From assembly GCF_000150275.1 (NCBI RefSeq), contig NW_002060955.1:21240-85239 (forward strand): a DNA stretch of 64,000 bases, given 5' to 3'. Of this stretch, positions 40,239 through 56,200 are shown piece after piece. The position numbers and the translations under genes are program-made. Below the pieces are notes generated by a model. The model did no database searches. It was given only the letters and a program-made list of their open reading frames with translations, and had not been told where the DNA came from. Origin of the DNA: Trichoplax adhaerens. Its lineage: Eukaryota; Animalia; Placozoa. Every line of letters starts with the position of its first letter. Positions within the stretch are counted from its first letter, which is position 1.

Positions 40239-41739
40239 TTGATTACTATCAAGCTGTTGCTGAGAAAGACTTTCGTCATTGTTTACGTTTAACTCGATAA
40301 TCTGAATAACTCTTCACCTATCTATCCGATATTGTGCAATTTGAGCAAATGCTTATGTTTGCTCGTTTAACCCGATGTTCTTCTGTTATTGTCGTTAAAT
40401 TGTAATGATCTATATCATAATTTTAATATAATGTTGTCTTTATCGTGAAGTGTGTACAAAGTAATGGAAATGCATTCAAATACATATGTTATGTTGTATA
40501 CTGGATTCGTACAAATATAGCTTAATTTGTGTTTTGATCAAATTTAAAGCAATGTATGTATTAGCATTTTAACAGCAACTGGATACACGATTACGGCTAC
40601 TATATTCAATTATTTTGACATTTATCTTGATAATGGTAATTTACGAATTTAATTCACGGTTATTTTGTTAATGCACTTAAAGCCAATGTGGCAAACGATT
40701 CTTTCTGATTGAAAAAGCGAGTGACGTCGATCAGCAAAGATTGCATAGATAAGTCATATAAATCGCGCAAGTGATATTTGTATAGCCGCTTAATACTAAT
40801 GTAATTTTCTTTGTAGCAATTGTATACACTTCGATCGATTCGGTTTATTGAACTGTTAATATTTATATCTCGATTATTTCATATGAAATTGGCTTTGTCA
40901 TGTATGGATATCGCAGTACATTTCATGGTTTCATTTCCAGTACTTTGAAATAAAATAATGCAACATTTTACTAATTTTATGGAATTAAGTAATGTGATCG
41001 ACTGATTGGTTTTTGCTAATGTAATAGGCAGCTAAGTGAAATGTTTCCTTCATTTCAATGCTCACAAACGTAAACTTGTTTCATTACCCAAGTATCAGTG
41101 GTCAGTTTGACTCTCATTTTCAATAATCATAGTGATCCACAGCTAGAAAAATTTATATTTTGACAAAAATTTTTATAGAAGTTGTAACTCTATATGCACT
41201 GTAAGGCAAGGATACCTGAAATAATTGCTGGACTATATAACTCGAAAATAATTTTGTGGCTTCATACAGCTTATTAATTTATCCATGATGATGGTAGTAA
41301 CGCGCTTTAAAAGTATTATGTTAAAGTACAAGTATGTAAGGACAAGATCAGGGAACTGCTAATCAAATTTACTATCGTTTCGTCTCGAGGAAGGCGCATT
41401 CTTAGATTTATCCTTGACAAATCTAAAATGAAAATAAAACAATATATACACAGTTTTAACTTCAGCCAAGTGCCTATATATGCGTACGAGCAAGGAGCCG
41501 CAATTGAAGTGACTCTAACTGAACGGTCAGATAGCAAACCGCAGGGATTTGCATCATGGCTAAAACTCATTTATTACATTGGTTATAAGCTTTACAATTA
41601 TTACTATATCTGATATGCTTCGTATGTTTCTTTCTTTGGTGGTACTATATGTCATAGTTTAAAATGTATATAATCATGATATTAAGATTTGAACAACGGA
41701 AGTCTAATTCTATCTTTTATGTTGCTCACTAGACTATAC

Positions 41740-42008
41740 AATATCATTAGATATTCACAGCAAATTTCGAATAGAAATGATAAACATTGAACTAAAGGTA
41801 TGTATGTATGCAACTTCTAATTTTTGTTTTTCCGAAATATATCCACTAAAAACCTGCTCATTCATTGATTTCTGCATCCTCTAATAGAATAGTTCTTAAA
41901 GTATTATGTTTGAGTAATAAACTGAACAATGATTCATTGGTTACCTCGTCCCATCTTGGATAAATACTGTTAGATCGGAAAGTGGTTATTTTCCGACAGC
42001 TTTCAAAT
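41740..42008 (-). pseudogene. Possible decayed C2-domain exons
   Basis: Exon 42008-41945 (AG|...|GTAACC) reads FESCRKITTFRSNSIYPRWDE. A 91-nt GT-AG intron follows, then VFSGYISEKQKLE from 41853 and, after a frameshift, FNVYHFYSKF. This resembles the C2 pattern T...N..P.W.E.F...L.F.VYD. No full model could be built. Confidence 0.3.
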
Positions 42009-45000
42009 CTGTCAATCTTATCAATTCTTGTATTTACAATCTGATGATTTTAGTGAATTGATTAAGTCGATAATGACTATCCATCTTTTTTTTGCAAAAC
42101 ACTCTTAGTTTAGCGCTTCCTTTATTCTACGACTTAATTAAGGCAATGGTGACATGATTGATGTATATTTGGTACTGTGTAATACTTCATTATTATAAAC
42201 TGTCTATAATAATCCTAAAACTTAATCTACCAATCACATTATTTCAATAAGAATCATAAAATGGACTTCATCTAGATTAAACAATTAGATACCTGTATAA
42301 ATTAATGTTTATTATTGTTATTAATATGAAGACACAGAAAAACATTCCGTGACTTGCATTAAATAGTAAGCCATTAACAATGCAGTGTAATTATAGAATA
42401 ATCCTTCCTTATATTTTTCCGTCTTATTTAATATGTCGCATAAAGTTAAACTTGTGTGATTATCAATAATTCATGATGTTTTATTTCAATATATTTAAGT
42501 ATTTAAGAAGAATGGAGAATAATGTCTTGGTATATTTTGCATCTGCATAATATATTGTACAAGACATTGCAAGTATTTTTTTACAATCACTACTTAATAA
42601 AATTGAACTCAAAAATATCTTGTTGTCTACCGAATATAGGGTATAGAAAACACGCAATTGCTGTAATTAAATTATTCTAAAAGCCCATAATAATTCCTTA
42701 TCATAAAAATGTTAATTATTAGCTTATTACTCAGCCTATCATTGCTATGCTTTAACTATTTTTACACCTTATTAACTTATCATCAGATTCATGAATAAAT
42801 TTACTTTATATCGATGCTCCTCGAATTTACAAGCGTCTATCTGAGAATCTCAACTCTTTAGTTATTTTTTCTACTAGCTTTTCATTTAAGTAATTACTTA
42901 CTTATATTTCTATCTATTCCTATGTACTTGTTTGGTCGATAAGACCATACTTTTTACAAAGTTATGTAAGTAAAATTAATCCATATTTACCAGCCTATAC
43001 GAGAAATTGCTTTGTATTTTAATGTAGCAACATCTCCATACCATAGTTCAGTCCCCATATCTTAGCCGTAGACTTCTGAAGAAGGAGGGATGTCAATAGG
43101 TATAAACAAGCCATTGACAGAATACTGCATGAAGCAGATCAACCTATAAATCTACATTTTACTACGATTACCAGCCTCGATTTGCAACAATACTATTAAT
43201 TCAATACGTCATAATTTTACCTACATGGTATTTATGCTAATAAATTACAGTGATAATAGAGTATGTACGGTGTACAAGTACCGTTGTTATTGCGGTTTTG
43301 GCAAAATGAATATTATTTCGTACTACTGACATTCTCAATTGATCTGAAAGCGTATAGTGCAGCGGTCAAATAATCACGCTTTTATTCTAGATATACAATT
43401 GATTGAACTACAAATTTCAATATAATAATTATTCATTCATAGAGTACTATATAAATTATATTGAATTGCTTTTAACTTCTGTGTACTTCATTCCGTAAAT
43501 CAGGTATGATTTCTTGAGTAATTTACGAACAATTTCCAATGAAGAAGTAATTTAACTGATTTAATATTAAACATTTCCTGTAAATACCATTTATAGGCAT
43601 AATTGATGAGAATTTTAAGCTATACAATAATTTTAGGTAGCAATGCTACTTTGTTTATTGTTCAAATGCTTTTTGCATAGATAATTCAAAAATGAAAACA
43701 AAATTTCGCCATAGAGTCATAGAATTTGATGAATTATTAAAATCACCTAGGAGATAACACAGCTATTCTTTGATAATATTTTCATTAATTGCTATCGCCC
43801 TTTCGGTTATCATCAGCGCAGCTACAGTCAGTTATCCTCGATTAATTTTTACTTCATACACACTTCAGTTTAGCTTAGGCAATCATCAAATATTTGTAAA
43901 ATTTTGTAATTCCATCTTCATTGCATTGCCAACTGAGATATTGATCTAGGTCTAATAATTTAAATTGAAATAAATCTCCTAAAGAGCATACAGTAAACTG
44001 CATGATTAGCCTCCATAATTGCCAATGCTTGGCTGATAACCTTTCTAAAAATAGGTTTTACGTAAGTTAATGAAAGTTATACACAACAGCCACAATTGAA
44101 AACCATTAACAGAATTCTTAAACAAAGAAATCTAGATTGAAAAAATTTGTAATGTAAAATTGTTAAAGATGTATAATGATACCAAATTGGATCCTACTCA
44201 CGTATAGAGTTGCATCAAATAAATAACATTGTCTACATTAGATGAAAACTATTCAAATGGTTGAATAGAGCAACTATAGCTATTATGAAAGTAGTCCCTG
44301 CATGGTCAACGATGACGTTTGAAGAAGAATTATATTGAACTACAAGAATAAGCAACTCTATCACGATAGCTATAAGCATAAAACAAATACATGTTATTAA
44401 ATGAAGAAAACAGAATAAAAATATTATTATATTGTAATCAAGTGGCTTTGTTAATTAAATGAAATATTAAAGCTATTACGTATGGAGTTAGATTACATAA
44501 TCTTATATAATTGCATAAATTAAAAGGAGTATTATCTAAGATAACTAATCCTATTTAAATCGAATAATCACTAAAAAATTAAATGCAATGATAAGATTTA
44601 AAGAATAGATTATACTATCGGTAATGGCTATAAAAACTCAAGAATATCGTGTAAGTTGTCTGTTTACGATAAATAAGCCAATCTTTGATAACTGCTCTCA
44701 CGATAACAATCAGTAACTCCAAGAAGATTTCGTCAGTAAAATTGCAATAAATGCTGCTATAGATTGAACATTTTCTCATATTTTGAAATACTCAATTCTC
44801 AATATCATTTGTCGCGAATTCTAACCCCGCTTTGGATGATATTGATACTATTTTTAAATCTTTAATACATTAGTTTTTAATTTCTTTTGGCTCTATTTTG
44901 ATACGAGCACGATATTTATCTATCAATTATGGATAATAACTATCACAATAATCAATTTTTTAATGCTATTGATTTTATGTCGAGTGTTAGGGAGTTAATA

Positions 45001-48000
45001 GTACCGTAATTTTCTTTCAGTAATAAAAGTTAAATTTCGTTTATGCGCGCGTACGCAACAATGTAACCATAGTATTAATATTCATGATCACAAATGATTA
45101 AAAAATTCCTTTAAGCTAAAGCAATGATGATTTCTATGAAATGGTTAACAAAAGCGTTAAATTATTACCGACATTCATATTAATTAAAAGTGATAGCATC
45201 ATTCTACGATAACGGAAGAGAAACTTATTCTATACCTGAAGCTAACTTGTTAGTTTTGCAAAGAAAGGAAGGAAAATATGTGAGGGTAGACCATAATATT
45301 CTTCTGGCCTTTTAATTAACTAAATTAAATATTATCTTATTAGACATCATCATGTAATCTACCGCTTCTACTCGCTAATGTAAGCAAATACAAATAGAAA
45401 GTAAAGTAAGAATCTATTGTTGAACAGCATTATGCTATTGGCCAACATCGTGAATTCTTTAGCTACTGGTAGTAGTGATACTTAACAGAGGAGTGCAGCT
45501 TTCGAAAAATTTCTAAAATTAATTAAAATCGAATGTCAATGGTTCCTAATGAATACAATCTATTATTGATTTCTTCGCTAAGCATAGAAAAGACATACTA
45601 ACATGCTATAAAGTGAGTACTTTGTATACCATCTGTTGTTCTTAATAAATAGATAACTTAACGTTTTACAGTCATCCATTAAGCACCGGAATCTTGTTAC
45701 AAATTACCACATCTGGCAATGGCGCCAACAATACGGTAGTTATTGTTGCTTGATATCAACGCTACCGCAAATATCGCTTAAGTCTAGGAAACTAATTCCT
45801 GATAATATCGCTCATATTGATTAATTAAATATATTAATTAAATAACTTACAGGCAATTTTGAAGCTATGGCTACCATAAAATCTATCAGGCACTGCGTTG
45901 ATAGTTAAAGTATACTATGTATGCTAATGTTCAGTAAATCACTGTACTCTGTAGATGTAGCACATCATTATAGATGATACTCTGCAGATAGCAGCTCGCT
46001 AGAAATGATATGTAGTAGGATATTAGATTCGCTAAATAGTTAATTGTACCAAATATTATAAAAGAAGCTAATTAACAGTTGCATTATTTTGCAATATAAC
46101 TACATGCATACCAAAATGTTATGCTTAATTATTCAATGAAACATCTATTGAATCTCATAATTAAAAAAAGTCCTAGGAGCCTAGCGGCAATAGGTTTATC
46201 ATTAAATACGATTGACTTATCTGTAGCTCATAATTAAATTTTAACTTACATTATCCTCTTTCATAATTTACACCCTAATCATTTAATAGTCCTAATTACG
46301 TAAGAAATTTACTTACTATAAGAAAGTTCACACTGATAGACTATGAAAATAAATTAAATGCAGACTTTGTGACAAAAACTTTCAAAGTTATGTCATTGAA
46401 GTTTTTTCAGAATCTATAAGTAAATAATCTTTAGATTGTTTCTGCTATGTACATCTAGCTATTTCATCGAATTGCATACTTGCTACCAATCTATTCAGAC
46501 TGCAAGTAATCTACTCAGCTAATATGGGCTAGTGCCGATACTGCACCAAACGGAAGAATTAAAAGTTATGAAAGAAATTCTATTAATACCGCTTTGGGAA
46601 AAAATTTTTACTTTGAAGGAGACATTAAGGTAGCTTTCTAACTTAATACGTGATGCATGTGGGAAGAATATGAAAGATATTTGCAGCTTATTAATTATTT
46701 CGAGCGTTTACTCTGTGTCCTGAAGCATTCGCCTACGTTTGCAGGCTAAGGAAATTTTGCAAATATCGCATGAAAAAGGATAAATCTACATGCAAACAGA
46801 TTTCTATATATTAAAATATTACTTCACTATCTTCAATTACTTTAGGCTTATAGCCTTATTGCATATTAAAAATTGAACATTTACCTTATAACATTTTTAA
46901 ATAATAAAAGATTTTGTAACTGGATCTGGATTAAGATCGAATCATTCATTAATGATTTAAGTAATCATGATATTTTCGATTTTACAATTATTCTTATGAT
47001 AATGCGACTTTACAGAAATTTTGATTGTGATTGATCTTCGTCTTATCCATTTAAATGTGGACACGAAAATCTCACAAAATAAATATGTTTTCTCAAGTAA
47101 GATTATAGTGTAACTAGTATTATCTTAAATACGATTATAGTCTAACTAGTATTATCTCTAATTATTTTTTAAAATGAGGAAGTTGGGAATAATGAGTTAA
47201 ATTCCACTGAGTTACTATTAAATTTGCTTTAATTTTAATGTGGTCTTAGTTCCGTGTACAGTAATAATTAAAATTTATGAAACAGCCAATCAAGAGATGC
47301 AGCCTTAGGGAATGAAATTAATTTAAGATAATGATATAGTGCGCTATCAACCTTCATAATGCTTTACATTGTTCAATTACGCTAAAAATATAACATTTGC
47401 TTTCCTATATGTCATATTCAGTAACAAATATAGATTAAATAACTTTAATTCTTGCTTGGTCATTCAAATTTATCAAAGGATGATTACGTTATAGATAGCA
47501 ACAACTCTAAGGTATTTATTTTACATATTCATGTACTATCCTACAACACTATCTTTAATATACGAAACAGAAGCTGAAAATGCCTGTTTAGCGCATCATC
47601 TGCTATGAAATGGTTTTAAGAAATTATGCGAAGTTGTAAATTTCACTTATATAGAAGCACTACCGTGCGTACCCGGATGGATTTATATTAGTCAAGCCTG
47701 GGAATTGTCCGTAATCCACACAATGAGATCATTTATTTAGGAAAAACCTGGTTTTTAGATGAAACAATTCATTAAAATCGTGTTCTACTAATGAATTTTG
47801 TTTAATGCACAATCGTTTCAAATTTTATGGTCTATAAAGGATTATTATACTCTTACTGCCCCATGTGTCCTGCTAAAAGGAATCAATACCATTTTAAGAT
47901 TTGTTCCGGAAATTATATTTATAGCATTAACATCGTCAGATATGAATAAGGATGAAATGCTATAGCATCTATGGAACAATGGCTTTGATGGTAATAACTG

Positions 48001-48588
48001 ATCTGTATGTAAATTTCAAATGAACATAAAAGTTCGAAAACTGTTAATTTTAAGAAAGAAAAATTATCTTTATTGTAGAAAAATCTAAAATATCTGATAA
48101 TAGTGAAAATATTGATGAATTAGAATATTGATGCCAAAAATTATGGAATGGAATGGGTCTTCTCTAACTATTAAATGCATAACCGGTTAAGGTCTCAAAT
48201 TAGGAAAAAAATTAAATGATGTACAAATTACAGTTAGTCAATAATTATAATTTTAGATATAATCTAATCGAAATAATCTTGTTCATAAGTCTATGAATAA
48301 ATCATGAAAAATAGAACTCAGGAAATGAGATACCCTACAAATGTATGAAGAGGACTAATTGATTTTAAATTATTCGCCTTTGTTTAATTCCCTAGGTATG
48401 TGGATTCCATCAAGTAAAAAATTGACAACTATGTCGCGCTTACCAAATAGGTATAATACATTGCATACCACATACACATGGATAGACATTTTTGATAAAT
48501 AGTTAAATATGTGACAAATAAAAGAAATTTTCTGGGTAAAGAATGCGACTTGCGAGAGCTAGATTCAATATAGAAGAATTAATTTTGA

Positions 48589-48614
48589 TTATATATATAT
48601 ATATACATATATAT
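48589..48614. repeat. (AT)n microsatellite
   Basis: ATTATATATATATATACATATATATG. Confidence 0.7.
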
Positions 48615-50252
48615 GTACGAAACAATCTACCCGTGGAAATGACTAACTTTTACCAATCTTAGTAATATCCGACTTTATTTTTATGCCTTTCAGTTAATAT
48701 TTTTCTTTTCTTTCATTCAAACTGTTATATTTAAGGCTCAATCAATACTAGCTAATAAGACTGAAACAATTGAAACTCTAGGCTTCCGTCTAAACAATAA
48801 TATCATTGTTTTGATGGGAACCAATTTATTTAATTATGCTGTTGCTAGGTAGGTTTATAATGACTGCAATCATCTATAACCAAATCAATCTTGAAAACCG
48901 CCTTTCAATTTAAAAGCTATTCTTATTGATCAAAACATCTTTTCCACTAAACGTTCGTAGTTCTACGTAGATCGTTAAATAAAGAGAAACTGATAATAAT
49001 ATTGCTTATTATCCCTCAATCTTATACATAATGTATTAATTTCAATGGACTATTAAGCTAAATTTATTCTATTGGAAATTAGCAGCCCACGTTACTGGTA
49101 TTCTGCTTCAACAATAACAAAATGATTTTCATACTTGCCTGTGACCCTATAACCTAGGATTGGTTTCACCATTAGGTAAAGCAGAGAATGAAAAGTTTTC
49201 AAATATCAGTTAAATACTGTATATCTGTAATTAATTGGAAAGGAAGGAATACATACATCGGCATTTAAATAATATTATCATCTTTCTAAGTCAACAAATT
49301 TCTCTTGCACAGTAAGTAATTCGGTTTTTTAAAAGTTGGATTTAATTATGTTGTTCAACAATTGCAATGGACCACATTTACTATACGATATTAGGCTAAA
49401 TGCCATTATATTCGATAGAGTATTTTAGTTTTATGAAATTTTTAAGCTATTTCTAACTCGTTATATAAATGTGTCTTATGTTTTTAGCCCATAAATGAAG
49501 TTAACCCTCTTTAATTTACATTGAGACCGAACGATTTTAGCAGCAAGTTTAGGTAGAAAATGTACAGGACTTCAAATTTTAAACATCGATTTGAGATACA
49601 AATTCGTTATTATCATAGAGTATAACCTGATATATATAGCTCTCTGTAGTTAGATACTAGGGTTAATAGACTAGTTCAATCCAATGTCTAGACAAGTTTA
49701 TAATTATTTAATAGTGAATTTGCTAAATGTAACATCGAATTTTAATTAAGCAGAAGTAATATGAAAAATGTAGACAGTTAATGAAGGGTAAGGAATTCAT
49801 TAAATAATAGATCAATGACTAAGCTGCTAGTAATGGTATTCAATAATATTACTTAACTGATTCACATTGTGGTTTCGGTAGATATTGGATATCGTTGAAT
49901 GAAAAACAGAATTTCTTGATGGTCAAGGCCACAGAGATTAGACATTGCAAAAACGTCAAATGAACTTACGGGATAGATTTCATTTTTAAATAGCAAATTA
50001 AAAGCGTCAAATGCCGACTGAAAATTACTCATAATCAAGAAAGTTAATTCGCGATTAGTATTTAAATATCGATCAATTCAATATTGATAATACTGTCAGA
50101 AAGAAATAATTAGCACTCTTTCATTAAAGAGGCCCTGGATTTCAAGAAGCAAAGTATTCATACCTTTATATTCCGTCATCGATAATATATCAAGCATTAA
50201 TCGAAAAAGTTCATTTTAATAATTTATTGCAACAAGAAGGAAGGCAGAAAGT

Positions 50253-53200
50253 ATGGTTAAAATCGATGTACGTGCAATAGTATTTGATTGCGATCAAACA
50301 GTATATTTTCCAGGTCAAGTTATATCTGGCGAAGTTATTTTAGATAGTCCTGGCAATGTTAAATTACGACGTGTTTTAGTTCGTATTTATGGACGCGCAG
50401 AGACTCGTGTAGAAGAAGTAATTAAAAGCAAAATAAGAAGTTGTAAACGCGATCATCGAGATCATTGTAATATTTTGGATTATAATGTAACCGTTTGGGA
50501 AAAAGGTAAGATGAAAGTTACAGTTCATCAAACATCTTGTGATCTTACTTTGAATTTAAGCCAGCACATTTTTCAGCATTTATCTTAAAAGTTTACATAA
50601 ATTATGAACAGTTCATTTGCCTATTTCCATCATTTGAATTTTTTCCTGTGACTTAATTCGGTTTCATTAAATATCATATCAGTTTTTGATGAAATCTACT
50701 ATAATAATCCGCTAACAGAACTATAGCCATTATACTTAATATAAATGGATATTTTTGACTACCACCATTAGAGAAAGAATTTTACTAAATCAAAACTATG
50801 TCATTATCTTTAATAGTATCATTATCTATGTTAAGGGCAAATAGCAATCGATAAAATAGATGAAGTAAGAAATAGGGAATAGTAAGAGATAATTGATCTT
50901 TGTGCGCGATTTTAAAATCGATTTTGTCAACAAAACTGTTTTCAGAAATACCCGTAGTCTTGAACATAAAGAAATCTATTTTATGGTAATATAGGGCAGT
51001 TATGAAGATTACCCAAGAATCTTAAATAAATCGCTACACTTTTACAATTTATAATGAGATTTAGAGCAAAGTAACCTTAACTCTTAATATTAGCGTTTTG
51101 ATGTAAAGCCCACTCCTTTTATCATTTGATATCGCTCTAATCATGTTTAAGTGAAGATTACGTATAAACAAGTCAAGTTTTAACTTATTTAGCTTTTTAT
51201 GCCGCTGATGATAACTTGCAAATTTAAATGTACTAACAATGATGACCTGTTATTAACAAAGTCTGGCTGTCTCCGTCAAGGTTATTTGATTTTAAATCTT
51301 TGTAAAAAGAATAACAACAGTTACTTCTTTTAGATATCGCGTAAATACTACGTGACATGGTCACACTTGCATCTTAAATTCTATTTCCTAATTTTCATGC
51401 TAGTGTAGACAATATTTAGACATTTCATTATATATATAGAAAATCGGATCAAACTATATATACATTCGCATTTTATTTAGCCTTTTTTATAACGTTAAAT
51501 AGCAGTTAATTTTCTATGGTAATTAAGTACAAAATATAGAAACAATTAATGAATTGAAACATTTTTATAGTTGATTATACGCTTAATCCTATACCATTTA
51601 CATTTATAACTTTTCATTCTATAACAGTAACCTTTAGTTGCTATATATTGACTACATTTGATACCCAATAATTTATCAAAGTTTCTTTTTACAGATCAAG
51701 TTGCTATCGTCTTTATTATTTTCTTGCGGCCAATAGGCAACGTTATGCTTTCAAAAGTTTTTAGTATCAGATAATATAATCAAGCATACGTTTGAAATTA
51801 GCCATGCAGGAATTATAAATAATTTTTGGCACTTATTTAAATAATTAAAGCGTTTCTATTGAACTATCAGCAAGTTTTAAACTACCGTTGAAATTGCAAT
51901 TACTTTTCAAAGGAATATAAGCATAAATTAGTCTGCAAACCTATGAGCATATAGTGAACAGTACGCATTGATACAGAATAAATCGAACAAATAATTATCA
52001 TAGAGCATAGCTAGAGAGGAATTTAATCTAGAATAATGAAGTATTAATTTGATATCGAGAAAATATCAGCCTAAGATAACAAAGTCTTAATTCATACTTT
52101 CGATCACTATTTAGTTGTAAGTTATAGATATTGCACTTTGTTGAGAACAAAACTTCTCTTGAGATATGTAACCATAATCGTAAACTATTTAATTTAATTC
52201 TGCATCAATTTCAATTCTTTAGTATGATATTAGATTTACAATAATTTGTTTAACTTCCATTAATGGTACTAGATTGCCATGAGCCAAGTTAGTCAATAAA
52301 AGAAGAGTTATTTCTACATATTAAAAATTTAAAATAATAACATTCTGCTTTGGTTAGGGTAGGAAGTCTATCGCTATCATAATGAATTCTTTGGGATTTA
52401 TATCAGTCGTAGTTTGTAAGATTGCATTCATTTTTATCTTGCCACAATAGCAAATAATGAAGCGACTATTGCTTTCGATGTAATTATCTTAATTTATTTT
52501 CTATACGAGCATATTACTGCATTTAATCTTAATAAGCTTAGCGATTAAAATATTAACAGTATGAAATCATAGACGTATCTAACATGATAGCAGTAATTTC
52601 TGTATAGTATATTGTACACATCGAAGCTGGATTGTCATTCGTATAAAAGTTTTACCCCCGGTAGTCATTCACTCATATCTGTCGTCAATAGTTAAGCTCC
52701 AATCTGATTAATTAGCTTAATTTCTACGAGCACTGCTCATGGTAGGTCATTATTTGTTTTAGAAATCGATCAACTTAAGACGTAGTCAATTATTTATGAC
52801 AGTAATCATCCAAAATTAAGTCATCTTGGTAAATCTTTAACATTAAAGACTATTCCTATCAAATAAAAATTCAACAATTAATTAATTATTTATCATCGCC
52901 GTATTATCACACGATAAATTACAGGAAAAATTAGAATTGTGAACTTTTACCGTTATAATAACACCTAGATCATATTTCAAAATGATTAAGAATTTCCTTC
53001 GAACGAATACTTTATAGTAGCAATATTTCATCCTTAAATAAATCTCATTCACTTCTATTTATATTAGAGATCTATTTTCGTATCACAACAACTAATGTTA
53101 CGTGGTTTAATAAAATTAGATTATTTTTCAACACCGACTTTGCAAATTTTAATTAAATTTTTTTAATAGAAAGCTTCACAGTAAAATTACATATTTTATC

Positions 53201-56200
53201 AAAATATGTGATATATGCTCATTTAAAAAACTACAGCTGTTTTATGCAATTACCTATGAGAAAAGCTTTTTGCTTTTAAGTCATCAGCGATTAATTGTAT
53301 CTTTTAAAGATCTCTACATAAAAGGAAATTGATTAATTACAGAAATGAGTAATTTTCAATTAATGCTTCACAATGTTATTAAATTCAAATTTCTATATTA
53401 CCTTCGAAAACCATTCGCCATCTCAATATAGTGAATACTTACATCGTTTTGCAACAATAGTATCTGATAACATTACTTTATTCAAATTTGAAGGCCTTTG
53501 CAATAATTGAATTTTCATACAAGGTTTTGTTTACTTCGCCACTGTCTGGTCAAAATTTGCAATAATGCATTAAAATGCATAGCACACTACAATTAAACTG
53601 CTATTATTAGACTAGGAGCAGATGGCTGCAAAACTATGTAATTTATTTTTCTTAATCACTGAGCTTTATCTTGGAATTGCTATACCATTACCAAAATTGG
53701 GATTGCTACGCTGGCATTTCGATCCAGTAAATTTATCTAGAATGAAATTTAAACTTTCATGAATAATTATTATATCTAAACTTGAATATAGAAAAATAAT
53801 CTCTATTCTTCATTGAGCACAAAAGCGCTGCGATATTTAAAGTGTTCTGCCATGAAAAGGGATTTCCTACCGGAGATGGGCTAGTACAACATAAATGAAA
53901 ACTAGGAAAGTATTCAAATTTTTAGTTTAATTCAAGGCTCAGAAATACTTTATCTTATGAAAGTGTGAGTGTCACAAAACAGCTTTGCAACAAGATAACG
54001 TAATCTACGATCAATAAGTCAATTCCTTGAACTACGTATCAAGGAACGATATCTGCACTATCACGAGCACTTTTGCTCTACTAGCAGACTACACAAAGAC
54101 TTAAACGCCTCGTATTTTACGTTAAACACTAAGTTGGACAATTCTTCTTTATTTCACGATATACTGCATTTATATACTATTCCTCAATAGTTCATGAGTC
54201 ATAGTTAATACAATTAACATTAGAATCATTTACTGAATTAGATATTAATTTTAGCTACTGCTCTCTTAATGCAGACAACAGTATTTACGAACATAGACAT
54301 GTAATAACTAATACAGAATAGTCAGATTACGATATGTCCTATCACGGAACATTTCCATGATAATTTACAGTCTATCATAAGTAAATTACAATCACAATGA
54401 TTCGAACTGTAAGCAGATGATTTGCATTCCCTATTATAACTATTATAATTTCAGTATGTGTATAAGTGTCACTGTCATAAAAAGTCAGTGCTATATTAAA
54501 ATACAGTATATCCAAATTAGAAGTTAACTAAATAAGGATAGTCTAACAGAATTATCCTAACAAAGTTATTTCTACTGTAATACAGTATTTAACACTGTAA
54601 CAGTGAGCTAAAGTTGCCACTTACTACAATTTAGATCTGTTTTATATATTTATATCAACCAACTATGTCGTAATAAATTAATCCTAGTTCGGCGGTATCT
54701 CACGCCTTATTGTGATAAGTATGAATGTTCTATGGTTTATCGCACTACCATTATCAAATCAAAGGCTGCATGTTATATTGTACATCTATAGAAGGAATTT
54801 GTCATTATACCTTCAAAGTTATATAAAAATATCGGTTAGCTAGGTATCTCTTCTCCGGTTTTTTGTATTAAGATCAAGAGTCGATAACGGCATTTAAAAC
54901 ATACAAACTTCAAATATACTATATTCCGCTAGAAATACCAATTGTAAAATAATTATACTAAATTTACTGCTAGGATTTAAAACATGATCTAGTATTTATC
55001 TATTCAATATGACAGACATCAAATTAATCGACAATGTTGATCGATTTCAGGCATTCACATACAAAATAGTAAATTTTCATTGTTTACTGCATTGATTGTA
55101 ATATCTACTAACTCATTTGAATTATTGGCAGAATCCAGTTTTTCAAATAAGCATTCAAAATCTTTACTATACCTTGCGTGCCATAATAGAGCACCCTGAA
55201 AGCAATTTGCGCTTGAGATATTTAATTATGATTAAATGCTATACAATAATACCATATACAATTAAAATCTTTTTACAAATTAATGGACTTATTTTTATTA
55301 GTTAAAGAATCGCACACTATAATTTTATATCACCTTAAATTGCCATAAATTTTGCCTTTGGTCCTCTGTAGAATATCGTATATTCCCAACTCGACACTAT
55401 ATTCACAATTTCTAGGTTTAGTAATAATTTGTTTATAAAATCCCAGTAATCAGGATTACCACTTCTATAATGTTTATAGTTATGATGATTACAAATAGAT
55501 CAGATAAATGTCTTCAAATTCGATCACACTTTATTTAATAGAGCACAAATATACAATTTGCTACTCTAAAGATTGGATTTAATTGAACGATATCGTAAGA
55601 TATATATGATTTTATTACAATCCTGCCATTCTATTAACTCTATGATATAAACTATAGAATAGGTACGTCAATATAATCATTTTCCAGTAAATTTTAATTT
55701 TTCTAATGGTCTCAGGTAAATACGGTGGCTGTATTTGTATAAGTTACCATTAGCAATATATTTTTCATACACCAAAGTTATCATTAGAATTTTAACTTTG
55801 CGAAATTACAAAGTTTGTTTTCTCATTTTTAATTGTTATGTCTGTTATCACGAAGTTAACCTTAATTTTGAGTACCTATTAACGTAATTTATGCTGTAAC
55901 TGCACTCTTAAATAACTCTAAAATGCTTAATTAATTCTTATTCCTATAGGAGACAAAAAATTATGCAGTGCAAGTTTACTAGCTGGAAGGCATACCTTTT
56001 CATTTAGTTATCAATTGCCAATGAATAATTTACCGAACTCGTATCAAGGCGATAGCAATCATAACATTCGCTACATGGTCATTATATCAGTTGATCAAGG
56101 ATGGAAATTTGAAGATCTTGCCAATAAACCTTTTCATGTTGTTGAGGATATAAGCATTAATCGTTCAACTTTTGTAAGTTTACTTGATAAACAATCTAGC

